A stretch of DNA of 38,894 bases from Thermoplasmatales archaeon (GCA_014874235.1 JACWAC010000001.1:1-38894), one strand, 5' to 3'. Shown: positions 27,020 through 36,472, counted from the stretch's first letter. Program-made: numbers and translations. The notes: a model not told the origin generated them from the letters alone.

Positions 27020-27345
27020 ACCTATCTGGCATAATTTCAGCTCCCATGAACATAGGAGCGGTAGAGTTTCTATCTATCGCAATACTAGCAATTGGGATCT
27101 ATTCGTTCCTGAGTTCAAGAACAGTTGTAAAGGCACTGATATCTGTTGAAATTATGATTAACGCTGGACTTATCAATCTCATAGGCGCATCCAGCTATTA
27201 TGGTAATGCAGGTGGGGCTGATATGACTCTGTTCGTACTTGTCATTGCAGCAGCAGAAACTGTCGTGGCCATGGCCCTGTTCGTCGCAGTCTTCAGGAAG
27301 AAAGGTTCTGCGGGACTGGATGTCCTAAAACTCTTGAGGTGGTAA
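27016..27345 (+). CDS. nuoK: complex I subunit K
   Basis: 109 aa, 3 TM, with the SVEIMINAGLINL and AAAETVVAMALF signatures. Confidence 0.85.
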   Translation: MNLSGIISAPMNIGAVEFLSIAILAIGIYSFLSSRTVVKALISVEIMINAGLINLIGASSYYGNAGGADMTLFVLVIAAAETVVAMALFVAVFRKKGSAGLDVLKLLRW

Positions 27346-27346
27346 A

Positions 27347-29215
27347 ATGGATCTATCTGTTCTTTTGACTTTCCTGATCTTCGGACTCCCGCTGATCGGA
27401 TTCCCGTTCGTGATAGGCATCGGTTTCATCAGGAAGAATTATTCAATGTACCTGGGGACGTCACTGATATTCGCGTCCTTCCTGATTTCTCTCTACGTAT
27501 TCTTCAATTACACGGTTAATGGAGTGGTCATACAATCCAGCTTCAACTGGTTGCCTGGACTTCCTGCGGTCATCCCAGTCGGAGTGTACGCAGACAATCT
27601 TTCGATGATAATGGCACTGATGGTATCCTTTGTTGGATTCCTGATCATACTCTTTTCTGTTGGATACATGAAGGATGACCCTAACAGGCACGTCTTCTTT
27701 GGGGAGATGGTTCTCTTCACGTCCTCGATGCTCGGGCTAGTGCTCTCCTCTTCGCTGCTGATGCTCTTCATATTCTGGGAACTGGTGGGTCTGTGCTCCT
27801 ATCTGCTCATAGGATTCTGGTACTACAAGCCGAACGCGGCCTCTGCTGCAAAGAAGGCCTTCATCGTCACAAGGGTCGGAGACGTCTTCTTCATAGCGGG
27901 AATAGGCGCTGCAATCCTGTATTCATCGGGAGGAGCGCTATCTGTAGCTGGACTCGGTTCCATACATCTGGTCTGGCAGAAAACGATAGTCTCGTTGCTG
28001 CTATTCGGCGGAGCCATTGGAAAGAGTGCGCAATTCCCACTGCACGTGTGGATACCAGATGCAATGGAGGGCCCAACGACAGTTTCTGCACTCATCCACG
28101 CGGCCACGATGGTTACCGCTGGAGTGTACCTGATAGCGAGGACCTATACCATCTTCACTCCGACTTCCCTTACGGTGGTCCTGTACGTCGGAGTGGTGAC
28201 GGTGATTCTCTCCGGACTGATAGGCCTGGTGGTCAACGATATCAAGAGGATACTTGCATACTCTACGATCGGTCAAATAGGATACATGGTTGCAGCTCTC
28301 GGTCTGGGACTGGGGGCAACCAGCATAGGCCTTTCCATATATCAGCTGGAAGCACACGCCTTCTTCAAGGCACTCCTGTTCCTCACTGCTGGATCGATTC
28401 TCCACGCAGTAATGAATGTCAGGGACATCAACAAGATGGGAGGACTGTGGAGGAAGATGCCCGTGACGGTAACGGCCATGTTCTTCGGAGCGCTTGCACT
28501 ATCGGGATTCCCCGGTCTTGCTGGATTCTTCAGCAAGGATAGCATAATTTCGGCGAGCTATGGTGTCTCAATCTTTGCCTGGGTTTTACTTGCAATAGGA
28601 GGTTTCCTTACTGCGCTCTATGCGTTCAGGATGTTCTTCAGAGTCGCACTCGGACAACCGAGAAGCAACGCCGCGGAGCATGCACACGAGTCTGGCTGGG
28701 TAATGCTCATTCCTGTTGTCATACTTGCAGCATTCAGCGTTATATTTGGAGTGTTCCAGCAGGGGTTCTATAATTTCCTGGAGAACCCACCAGCTGCCCA
28801 TTTATTCGGAATAGCGCCGCTCACTACGTTGGACGTCACGCCAGTGATACTTATGCTGGCAGCTATAGGGATAGCGTACTACGCATGGGGAAGGAACTCT
28901 TCTCTCCCGTCGACGGTCACGAACGGTGCGAGGGACCTTTACCTGCTGGTCAAGAACAAGTTCTTCATTGATGTACTCTTCACCAACGTCATCGCAGAGA
29001 GGGGCGTGTTGGGACTCTCGGCAGTTTCAGATGGGTTCGAGAGGAGGGCAATAGGCGGACTGGTGGATGCGTCTGGAAATCTCTTCGAGAACTCCGGGAA
29101 GGTTCTGAGAAAGATTCAGACTGGATTGGCAAGACAATATGCCATGATAGTTCTTATCGGACTGATACTCGCTCTTATCCTCCTGAGGATATTCATTCTT
29201 TACGGGGTGATATGA
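27347..29215 (+). CDS. nuoL: complex I subunit L (antiporter-like)
   Basis: 622 aa with WELVGLCSYLLIGFWY, KSAQFPLHVWIPDAMEGPTTVSALIHAATMV. Confidence 0.92.
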   Translation: MDLSVLLTFLIFGLPLIGFPFVIGIGFIRKNYSMYLGTSLIFASFLISLYVFFNYTVNGVVIQSSFNWLPGLPAVIPVGVYADNLSMIMALMVSFVGFLIILFSVGYMKDDPNRHVFFGEMVLFTSSMLGLVLSSSLLMLFIFWELVGLCSYLLIGFWYYKPNAASAAKKAFIVTRVGDVFFIAGIGAAILYSSGGALSVAGLGSIHLVWQKTIVSLLLFGGAIGKSAQFPLHVWIPDAMEGPTTVSALIHAATMVTAGVYLIARTYTIFTPTSLTVVLYVGVVTVILSGLIGLVVNDIKRILAYSTIGQIGYMVAALGLGLGATSIGLSIYQLEAHAFFKALLFLTAGSILHAVMNVRDINKMGGLWRKMPVTVTAMFFGALALSGFPGLAGFFSKDSIISASYGVSIFAWVLLAIGGFLTALYAFRMFFRVALGQPRSNAAEHAHESGWVMLIPVVILAAFSVIFGVFQQGFYNFLENPPAAHLFGIAPLTTLDVTPVILMLAAIGIAYYAWGRNSSLPSTVTNGARDLYLLVKNKFFIDVLFTNVIAERGVLGLSAVSDGFERRAIGGLVDASGNLFENSGKVLRKIQTGLARQYAMIVLIGLILALILLRIFILYGVI

Positions 29216-30669
29216 TGATCTTCCAGCTCAGCTACCTGTTCTTGATCCTGGTGCTGGTGATGATTGTGTCGATGGTAGCGAGAGGGAAGATAGCGAGGTA
29301 TCTCACCATCCTGTTCTCTGCCTTCGTATTCGTATTCACAATCGTCAACAACATGACCCTTACGAACTTTGACTACGGTGTGCTATCAATTTTGGCCCTT
29401 TCGTTCCAACTGAACTTCGTCAGTTCTGTACTGCTTATACTCATATCTTTCATCGGCATCTTCGTACCTCTCAGGTACGGAAGTTCTCCCGGATTCTTCG
29501 TCCTCCTTCAATTCCTTATGTTCTCACTGGTGGGCCTGTTCACGACGAGGGACTTCATAGTATTTTACATATTCTGGGAAATGGTCCTCATCCCCTCTTT
29601 CTTCGTGATAGGAATATGGGGAGGGAAGAGCAAGAACTACGCAGCGATGAAGTTCTTCATCTATACACACGTCGGCTCGGTCTTCATGCTCCTTGGTATA
29701 TTCACTATGTACTTCACGGAGCACGCATCGACCTTTTCCATGGCAACGCTGATCTCTGGTATCGGTACCATCCCGATGGCTTATCAGTCGTTCGTGATAT
29801 TCGGTTTCCTGTTTGCATTTTTGATAAAGCTTCCAACTGCCCCTCTTCACTCCTGGCTGCCTGATGCATACGTAGAGGCCCCCTCTGAAGGCACTGTCTT
29901 CATATCAGCGCTTCTATCAAAGATGGGTGCATTTGGACTGCTGGTTATCTTTGCACCGATCTTCATGGCATCTTCCTTTGCTGGCAGCACTGCGGTTCCC
30001 GCAGCGCTTATAGCACTCGGAATTTTCTCGCTGATATATTCCGCACTCGTTGCCCTCTATCAGAAGGACATGAAGAGAATGATGAGTTATGCGAGCGTCG
30101 GGCACATGTCATTCATAACCATTGCCGTGGGTGGATTCCTGTATCTCAACGGTTCCAATCCACTCGCTTCGCAGCTACTGTATTACGGGGCTGTATTCCA
30201 GCTGATATCACACGGAATAATAATAGCGATGATCTTCGCCCTCGTTGATACTCTGGAGAGAGCTACAGGGACCAGAAACATTCCTTCACTCGGTGGGTTG
30301 GCGAGACAGCTACCCGTCCTCTCTTTCCTCATTCTGGCTGCATTCCTAGCCTCGGTCGCAATTCCGGGTTTTTCGGGATTCGTTGGGGAAATTTCAATCC
30401 TCCTCGGTAGCTATGCTGTCCTGAAATACTACCTGATCTTTGTGCTGGCAGGAGTCGTGCTCACCGCTTCGTATCACGTGTTTGCTCTCCAGAGAACCAT
30501 ATTCGGGCCTTACAACGAGTTCCTCGGGAACATCAAGGCGAGGAAGGAGGAGCTGTTGGTGGCCATCTTCCCACTGATCCTGATATTCATACTCGGCATC
30601 TATCCAGCGCTGATATTCCACATTTTCCACATTAATGCGATTCAATTCCTGGGAGGGATTCACATATGA
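29212..30669 (+). CDS. nuoM: complex I subunit M (antiporter-like)
   Basis: 485 aa with FYIFWEMVLIPSFF, KLPTAPLHSWLPDAYVEAPSEGTVFISALLSKMG. Confidence 0.9.
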   Translation: MMIFQLSYLFLILVLVMIVSMVARGKIARYLTILFSAFVFVFTIVNNMTLTNFDYGVLSILALSFQLNFVSSVLLILISFIGIFVPLRYGSSPGFFVLLQFLMFSLVGLFTTRDFIVFYIFWEMVLIPSFFVIGIWGGKSKNYAAMKFFIYTHVGSVFMLLGIFTMYFTEHASTFSMATLISGIGTIPMAYQSFVIFGFLFAFLIKLPTAPLHSWLPDAYVEAPSEGTVFISALLSKMGAFGLLVIFAPIFMASSFAGSTAVPAALIALGIFSLIYSALVALYQKDMKRMMSYASVGHMSFITIAVGGFLYLNGSNPLASQLLYYGAVFQLISHGIIIAMIFALVDTLERATGTRNIPSLGGLARQLPVLSFLILAAFLASVAIPGFSGFVGEISILLGSYAVLKYYLIFVLAGVVLTASYHVFALQRTIFGPYNEFLGNIKARKEELLVAIFPLILIFILGIYPALIFHIFHINAIQFLGGIHI

Positions 30670-32078
30670 TAGTGCTCGGCAATTATGACTACCTCTGGAA
30701 CGTGTTCATACTATTCGTCGGTGCGTTCCTGATCTTGTTTGTAAGTCTGATTACTGAAAATAGGGTGGTACTTGTTTCCATCGGAGCGGTCTTTGCTGCT
30801 ACCTCACTCGTCTGGACTCTTCTTCAGGGCGGTGGTAATGTCCTGATAGAAGGCACGCCTATCCTCATATCGGGTTTCTCCAGGCTGTTCTTCATCGCAA
30901 TTCTCGTACCGGGACTCCTTTCATTAGTGGGTCTGTCAAAGTCACCGATGAGCAAGAAACCGGGACTGATGATATTCATCTTCCTCGTATCCCTTGGGTT
31001 CATGCTACTGGCGATAACCACCTCCAACCTGCTTTTCATATTCGTTGCGTTTGAAGGTGTGTCCATTCCCACATACGTCCTTGCAGCGTATGGGAAATCG
31101 GACAGCGAGCTTGAAGCCGCTATAAAATACTTCATCATAGGTGCCTTTTCCACGGGCCTCATAATCTTCGGAATATCACTTTACTACATTGCGACTGGTA
31201 GCCTTTCAATAAGTGCGGTCCCCAGCTTCCACAGCATATACTTCCTCGCGATGGGACTGCTCATATTCGGGTTTGGCTTCAAACTGGCGATATTCCCGCT
31301 GCACGGATGGGCAATAGATACCTATACGGGAACTTCCAATCCTATCTCCTCCTACCTCAGCACCAGTTCAAAGATCATGACGCTCATAGTTCTGTTCAAC
31401 ATCATGTTCTCCTCACCACTGTTCTACAACTACCTGAAGATAATATTTGCAATAATCGCAATCCTCACGATGACTTTCGGAAATGTGGTGGCGATATCGC
31501 AGAACAACGTGAAGAGGATGCTGGCCTATTCCTCCATCGCACAGGCAGGGTATCTCTCGGTGGTCTTCCTGGTCGCAGGGACCGGTGCAGTCAACCTGGC
31601 AATCATCAGCCTTTTCATGTATGCACTTGCGTACGGATTCATGAAAGCAGGATCCTTCCTAGCAATGGATGGCATGGGAAACTATGACATGGAGAACTTC
31701 TCCGGAATGTGGAAGAGGAATCCCGCGTATGCTGTTTCTTTCGCGATCCTGCTACTATCTCTGGCTGGATTCCCCGGCACCCTTGGTTTCATAGGAAAGT
31801 ACTTCCTCTTCCTGTCCGTACTTTCCACAGGCACTCCGCTTGCATACCTCGTGGTCATAATCTCTGTGATAAATTCTGTCGTATCGTTCTACTACTATGG
31901 TAGGGTCATAATGTTTATGTTCTGGAGGGAAGGCACGAAGGAGAAGGTCGCAAACAACTACATCCTCTACGCATCTGCGGCATTGACTGTCTTCTTCGGA
32001 ATCCTCTATTTCCTGGTCTATTCTTATGCACAGTACATCCTCCCTTCCATCACCACTTACCTGTCGGGGGTGTTGTAG
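30666..32078 (+). CDS. nuoN: complex I subunit N (antiporter-like)
   Basis: 470 aa with FKLAIFPLHGWAIDTYTGTSNPISSYLSTSSK, KRMLAYSSIAQAGY. Confidence 0.88.
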   Translation: MIVLGNYDYLWNVFILFVGAFLILFVSLITENRVVLVSIGAVFAATSLVWTLLQGGGNVLIEGTPILISGFSRLFFIAILVPGLLSLVGLSKSPMSKKPGLMIFIFLVSLGFMLLAITTSNLLFIFVAFEGVSIPTYVLAAYGKSDSELEAAIKYFIIGAFSTGLIIFGISLYYIATGSLSISAVPSFHSIYFLAMGLLIFGFGFKLAIFPLHGWAIDTYTGTSNPISSYLSTSSKIMTLIVLFNIMFSSPLFYNYLKIIFAIIAILTMTFGNVVAISQNNVKRMLAYSSIAQAGYLSVVFLVAGTGAVNLAIISLFMYALAYGFMKAGSFLAMDGMGNYDMENFSGMWKRNPAYAVSFAILLLSLAGFPGTLGFIGKYFLFLSVLSTGTPLAYLVVIISVINSVVSFYYYGRVIMFMFWREGTKEKVANNYILYASAALTVFFGILYFLVYSYAQYILPSITTYLSGVL

Positions 32079-32378
32079 ATGCTGGAACGGGCATACTTCC
32101 AGATGTTCGAGACTGAGATGATCGGAGGAGAGGTGAAGAGGGCACTTCACTTCCTCGAAAGAGCTGCTGAGGGAAAGGGATTCTATTCTCGGGTTTCTGC
32201 TGTGCTTCTTGAGGCACTCAAGAACAAGGCGGAACCGGAGGAGATAAAGAAGAAGATAATGGACGTAGAGGGGGACGAGGGAGAGAAACTCGCGATATAC
32301 ATCAGGTTCCTCTATTCGGTGAACAGGTACGATGTCTCCTATCCAAGGTTCGATTCAAAGAGGTGCAACGACAGATGA
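32079..32378 (+). CDS. hypothetical small soluble protein co-transcribed with nuo
   Basis: 99-aa ORF whose ATG directly abuts the nuoN TAG (32076-32078). It is charged and helical-looking, with no motif I recognise. Confidence 0.5.
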   Translation: MLERAYFQMFETEMIGGEVKRALHFLERAAEGKGFYSRVSAVLLEALKNKAEPEEIKKKIMDVEGDEGEKLAIYIRFLYSVNRYDVSYPRFDSKRCNDR

Positions 32379-32584
32379 CGGAAGACTACCAGTTCCTCAG
32401 GGAATTGAAAAGAGAGGGAGAGGAGATAATATTCTCAGCGGAAAAGAAGAGGATGATGCTGCTCAGCGAAGGGTGGGATGACTCGAAGTCAAAGATCATG
32501 GAAGAGCTCTCTCTGAAATATGGCATCGATAGCAGACAGAAATTTCAGGAGTTCAAGGAGAAATACAATCTCACGGACTATTGA
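32363..32584 (+). CDS. hypothetical small soluble protein co-transcribed with nuo
   Basis: 73-aa ORF starting at GTG 32363. An in-frame ATG at 32375 forms an ATGA overlap with the upstream stop and would give 69 aa. It is highly charged (K/E-rich). Confidence 0.45.
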   Translation: MQRQMTEDYQFLRELKREGEEIIFSAEKKRMMLLSEGWDDSKSKIMEELSLKYGIDSRQKFQEFKEKYNLTDY

Positions 32585-32852
32585 ACGATTCCAGTGGCCT
32601 GATGTTTTCGTAATAAGCAATCTTTCTGCAGGACTGCATGTTACCTTCCATCCAGGAAGCGAGATCCTCTTCGTTCTTGAGTCTTATCCTCTTGATTTCC
32701 CACAGACAGCTATGACAATAAAGGCCAGAGACGACAGGACTGCCGCAAATTAAACAGTGGGAAGAAACCATCAGAAGAGAAGGAGTGACGGTTAATAAAT
32801 CTTGTCTATTGAGCCAGGAAATGCCGAAGGAAACCGGCACGAAAAGTTGCAA
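32571..32852 (-). CDS. small zinc-ribbon protein (CxxC-x10-CxxC)
   Basis: CLICGSPVVSGLYCHSC motif. The tracked start at 32852 is TTG. ATG 32771 (MVSSHC..., 66 aa) is the more likely start. It lies downstream of ubiX on the same strand. Confidence 0.45.
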   Translation of the reverse strand: MQLFVPVSFGISWLNRQDLLTVTPSLLMVSSHCLICGSPVVSGLYCHSCLWEIKRIRLKNEEDLASWMEGNMQSCRKIAYYENIRPLESFNSP

Positions 32853-32883
32853 AGCTACGTTGATTCTAACGGCCAGTTGTGAT

Positions 32884-33435
32884 TCAGTCTCCCCACCTCT
32901 TTATGAGTCTGTTATCGACCCCGATTATGTCAAGGACCCTCGATGTGACAAAACTGAAAAGATCATCCATCTTGGAAGGACCGTGATAGAACCCGGGACT
33001 TGCGGGGAGTATGTACGCACCTGCCTCAGAAAGAGTGAGGAGATTTCTAAGGTGTATGGTACTGAGGGGCATCTCCCTGAACACAATGATCAGCTTTCTT
33101 CTCTCTTTCAAGGAGATCGAAGCGATCCGCGTGACCAGGTTGTCTGAGATTCCAGCGGCTATCTTACCGATCGTATTCATTGATGCGGGAGCTATGATAA
33201 GTGCGTCGTACTTGTGAGAACCAGAAGCAAATGGTGCTCCAAAATCTCCTTCGTCATAATACTCGTCAGCATAACTCTTCAGAATTTTAACGTTTACGCC
33301 CCCCTTCAGTTCGTACTTTGCAACTTCAAGCGCACCGCTGGAGAGTATGAGCACCTTCTTTGACGGAAGTTTCTTCAAAATATCTACGCCGTATGCTATA
33401 CCCGAAGCTCCTGTTATGGCCAGAACGTATTCCAT
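32884..33435 (-). CDS. ubiX: flavin prenyltransferase UbiX (prenylated-FMN synthase)
   Basis: 183 aa with the N-terminal LAITGASGIAYG flavoprotein motif, IIAPASMNTIGKIAAGISDNL and PASPGFYH. Confidence 0.88.
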   Translation of the reverse strand: MEYVLAITGASGIAYGVDILKKLPSKKVLILSSGALEVAKYELKGGVNVKILKSYADEYYDEGDFGAPFASGSHKYDALIIAPASMNTIGKIAAGISDNLVTRIASISLKERRKLIIVFREMPLSTIHLRNLLTLSEAGAYILPASPGFYHGPSKMDDLFSFVTSRVLDIIGVDNRLIKRWGD

Positions 33436-33454
33436 TCTCTGCTATCAATAAAAC

Positions 33455-34354
33455 CTATAGATATTTTCTGAGGTCTTCTTCGCTGAAATAGGCAGCGATT
33501 ATTTTCTTGATATAGTTGATCTTTTCGAATTCGGAGAGTTCCTGGATAGCTTCCTTGACGTGGTTGGTCATTAGGTTGATCGATTTTTCCACGGCATCTT
33601 TCTTGTTTTCTCCCGACTGCTCAAAAACGGATACTATGTTGGGCCGGTTGAATTTCCTGTCGTCATTTCCCGGTCTCTTCCCCAGCTCAAACGAGCCAAT
33701 GGAATTGACCACGTCGTCCCTGACCTGGAATGCGATACCCAGAAGTTCCCCTGCCTTAGAGAGTCTCCCGATGACATTGTCTCCCATCTTTTCGCTGATT
33801 GCTGCTATTCCAATGGAGGTGGATATCAGTGAAGCCGTCTTTTTCTTTGCGATTTCCATATAGTTGTCGAGTGTCATGTCCACATTCCTCCTCTGCGTGC
33901 AGAAATCCATTGATTCCCCGTCACACATGAGAAATGCAGCCTCTGCTATTCGCTTTACGACATCTTCACCGTAGACAGAAGAGAGTGCTACTGCCCTTGC
34001 AATCAAAGCATCGCCCGCAAGGATAGCGTTTTCGATGCCGTACTTCTTGTGGACCGTCTCTACCCCCCGTCTCATGTCGTCCTTGTCGATTATGTCGTCA
34101 TGGATGAGGGAAGAGATGTGGAGGTACTCTATTGCAATGGCCAGATTCACAAATTTCATCGAATTAAGTCCGACAGATTCAGCACCCACGAACACTAGAG
34201 TAGGTCGAAGAAGCTTCCCATTTATATTCAGCAGGTGGAATGTTGATCCTTCAAGGTTGGTACTGGAGAATTTCCAGTAAAATTTGCCACTTAGGTCTTT
34301 CTTGACCTCTTGAAGGGCAACCATTGAATTTTCGCTGATGTGAAGCATATTCAT
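33455..34354 (-). CDS. polyprenyl diphosphate synthase (trans-isoprenyl diphosphate synthase family)
   Basis: First Asp-rich motif LIHDDIIDKDDMRRG and second motif FQVRDDVVN. 299 aa. The product chain length cannot be read from the sequence. Confidence 0.85.
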   Translation of the reverse strand: MNMLHISENSMVALQEVKKDLSGKFYWKFSSTNLEGSTFHLLNINGKLLRPTLVFVGAESVGLNSMKFVNLAIAIEYLHISSLIHDDIIDKDDMRRGVETVHKKYGIENAILAGDALIARAVALSSVYGEDVVKRIAEAAFLMCDGESMDFCTQRRNVDMTLDNYMEIAKKKTASLISTSIGIAAISEKMGDNVIGRLSKAGELLGIAFQVRDDVVNSIGSFELGKRPGNDDRKFNRPNIVSVFEQSGENKKDAVEKSINLMTNHVKEAIQELSEFEKINYIKKIIAAYFSEEDLRKYL

Positions 34355-34415
34355 GGATGTTCCTTAATCACAACAAAATAGTTAAATATTGTCTGCTTAG
34401 GTACTTGAAGTATTA

Positions 34416-35210
34416 ATGGCATTGGAAGTCAAAAAACTCGAGGGCTGGTTTGAAAAGCAGAAGCTGATGAAAGTCCTGAAAAACGATTATGACAACTTCT
34501 ACATGCTGTTTGACCTCGACAACTTCAATTTCCTCTTGGGGAACAGTTCCTTCCTATATGCCAAGGCGGAGAACGAGATCACTGGTGTCCTTTTGAATTA
34601 CTATCATTCTACAGGCATAAAGGATATCTGGCTCTATGGGGATAATGAGTCGAACGGAAAACTGCTGAGCTATGTTGACAGGAGCACGTCCGTGATACAC
34701 GTCAGATATAACGATAATATGGGTTTGTTCGGAGGCGCTCGGAACGTGTATAGGGAATACTGTATGGTAGCTGAGAAACCAGCGGGCCGGCACGATGACA
34801 ATATGAAACTTCTGACACAGGACAAGTACACCCAATATGCGAAGCTGATTTCACAATGGCCCAACACAAGGTTCAGGACCATGGAGCTTGACGAGTTCAG
34901 GAATCTCCTGAATTACAGCACGATTTTTGGCTATTTTGTTGACGGTACGTTGGTAAGTGCGGCGACCCTTGGGGCAATATGGAAGAGTTGGTTCGTTGTT
35001 TCATCGGTGTTTACAGACCCTCTGCAAAGGAACAAGGGGTACGCCCAGAAATTGATCTCATCAATACTGGACCACTACAGCAATCTGGATAAGGGCATAC
35101 TGTTCGTCAACGAAGATAACGCACCTGCGGTAAAGGCCTATTCAAATCTTGGTTTCAGAATTTACTCGAAAGATCTTTGGGTAGACTATGGGACCGGATT
35201 GGTTCCCTGA
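34416..35210 (+). CDS. GNAT family N-acetyltransferase with an uncharacterised N-terminal half
   Basis: C-terminal acetyl-CoA motif VFTDPLQRNKGYAQKLISSIL ... NAPAVKAYSNLGF. Confidence 0.65.
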   Translation: MALEVKKLEGWFEKQKLMKVLKNDYDNFYMLFDLDNFNFLLGNSSFLYAKAENEITGVLLNYYHSTGIKDIWLYGDNESNGKLLSYVDRSTSVIHVRYNDNMGLFGGARNVYREYCMVAEKPAGRHDDNMKLLTQDKYTQYAKLISQWPNTRFRTMELDEFRNLLNYSTIFGYFVDGTLVSAATLGAIWKSWFVVSSVFTDPLQRNKGYAQKLISSILDHYSNLDKGILFVNEDNAPAVKAYSNLGFRIYSKDLWVDYGTGLVP

Positions 35211-35524
35211 CTCTTTATTTTGAACTCGGTTATCTGCCCGTCCTCATGCCTGAAGAAGTACCCAACCTGGCGATCGTCGTTTGTCGCGGTGCAGTTTCTT
35301 CCCCTTGAATAGTTACCTTCGATTGAAACGGAGTCAATCTTGTTCCACCCTGTTTCCTTCTTCACTCTCTTTACCATGTTCTCGAATGCGTCTGCACATA
35401 TGGAGCAACAGAAGAACATCTTCTCGCCCTCCACTTCCCTCCAGTAGTCCCCCCAAGTGCCATTGCACAGGGCACATCCATCATAATTCCTTTTCATACA
35501 TTCTCCCCCTTTCGTATCTACCAT
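35186..35524 (-). CDS. small Cys-rich (putative zinc-binding) protein
   Basis: GCALCNGTWGDYW ... MFFCCSICADAFENM (CxxC ... CCxxC, TRASH/YHS-like spacing) followed by a beta-rich tail. Its 5' end overlaps the upstream gene by 17-44 nt, depending on the start used. Confidence 0.55.
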   Translation of the reverse strand: MVDTKGGECMKRNYDGCALCNGTWGDYWREVEGEKMFFCCSICADAFENMVKRVKKETGWNKIDSVSIEGNYSRGRNCTATNDDRQVGYFFRHEDGQITEFKIKSQGTNPVP

Positions 35525-36389
35525 CCAGGTAGCTATAAAAATAGTCAGCAGATCTCAGAAAATAAGATTGCACCTCTCTTTCCATCTGCAATTCCTTGGC
35601 ATAGGTCTCTACTAACTTTAACGCAACACCTGAGTGATATTGATCCGCTTCGTAACCCGCTCTCAGGAACTGGGCAGTCTCCCTTGTGATTCCTCCGTTC
35701 AGGATTTCAGGTCTAAAATAAGCATATTTCGCGCCATATTTCTTTATGTTCTTATCAGCAATGAGTTCAAGCGAATGCATGGAGACCATAGCGTCGAGCC
35801 AGTGTTCAGAGCTACAAACATGTTCCCAATAGGCGAGCGCTTTTTCCGTCTTTCTTAGTGGAACAGAATTTATTACCATCTCCCTATTCAGACCTACCGA
35901 TTCTCCCATCTTCAGTAACAGTTCTATGTGTGCGGGTTGACCATCAGCCCCAAAATACTCCTCCGAAATATTGTCAAGTTCATACTTCTGGACATCGAAG
36001 AAATTGGTCTTTGCAATGATATACGCACAGGACCTAACCCACTGTTTTAGGAAATGGTAGTGCTCAGTCACGTATCCCATGATTGTGTATTTGGTTGGAT
36101 TTTGCATTTCCAAGACAAAAATATTAGGGTCTTCGGAAAAGAATCTATTGACAAACTTATGCCTTATCCAAGACGCAAGCCCTTCTTTATAGAAATCGTA
36201 GAAATCGTTGAATTTTTCGGTCAGAGATTCTATGGACATTTTGTTGATCGAGATGTTCCTATTCAGCCACATCACGTGTGAAGGGTCACTGACCTGTGCC
36301 TCAGAGTAAAAGTGAGAAGATAGGGAAGAGATTTCGCTTTCAATAAATTTCTCTTCACACACGGGACATATGTTCATTGATTTTTCCAA
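35481..36389 (-). CDS. heme-oxygenase-like fold 'iron-containing redox enzyme' (PqqC/TenA/CADD-like) with an N-terminal Cys2-His2-like segment
   Basis: DNISEEYFGADGQPAHIELLLKMGESVGL matches the EN..EE....H..L...F...G signature of that family as I recall it. Further E/H pairs are present (TEHYHF, YWEHVCSSEH, YEADQYH). The N-terminus is ICPVCEEKF ... SSH ... PSH. Confidence 0.62.
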   Translation of the reverse strand: MEKSMNICPVCEEKFIESEISSLSSHFYSEAQVSDPSHVMWLNRNISINKMSIESLTEKFNDFYDFYKEGLASWIRHKFVNRFFSEDPNIFVLEMQNPTKYTIMGYVTEHYHFLKQWVRSCAYIIAKTNFFDVQKYELDNISEEYFGADGQPAHIELLLKMGESVGLNREMVINSVPLRKTEKALAYWEHVCSSEHWLDAMVSMHSLELIADKNIKKYGAKYAYFRPEILNGGITRETAQFLRAGYEADQYHSGVALKLVETYAKELQMEREVQSYFLRSADYFYSYLDGRYERGRMYEKEL

Positions 36390-36472
36390 TTGAAGTTGAG
36401 TAATAAACTTGTTGCTAATTCACATTTCACATCAAGAAGAAAAGCAATATACTCCTGACCAATTGACGGCGG

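Noticed and set aside
27793-28542. 249-aa ORF in an alternative frame within nuoL
   Set aside because: The nuoL frame has textbook antiporter-subunit motifs. The alternative translation is Arg/Gly/His-rich with no structure.
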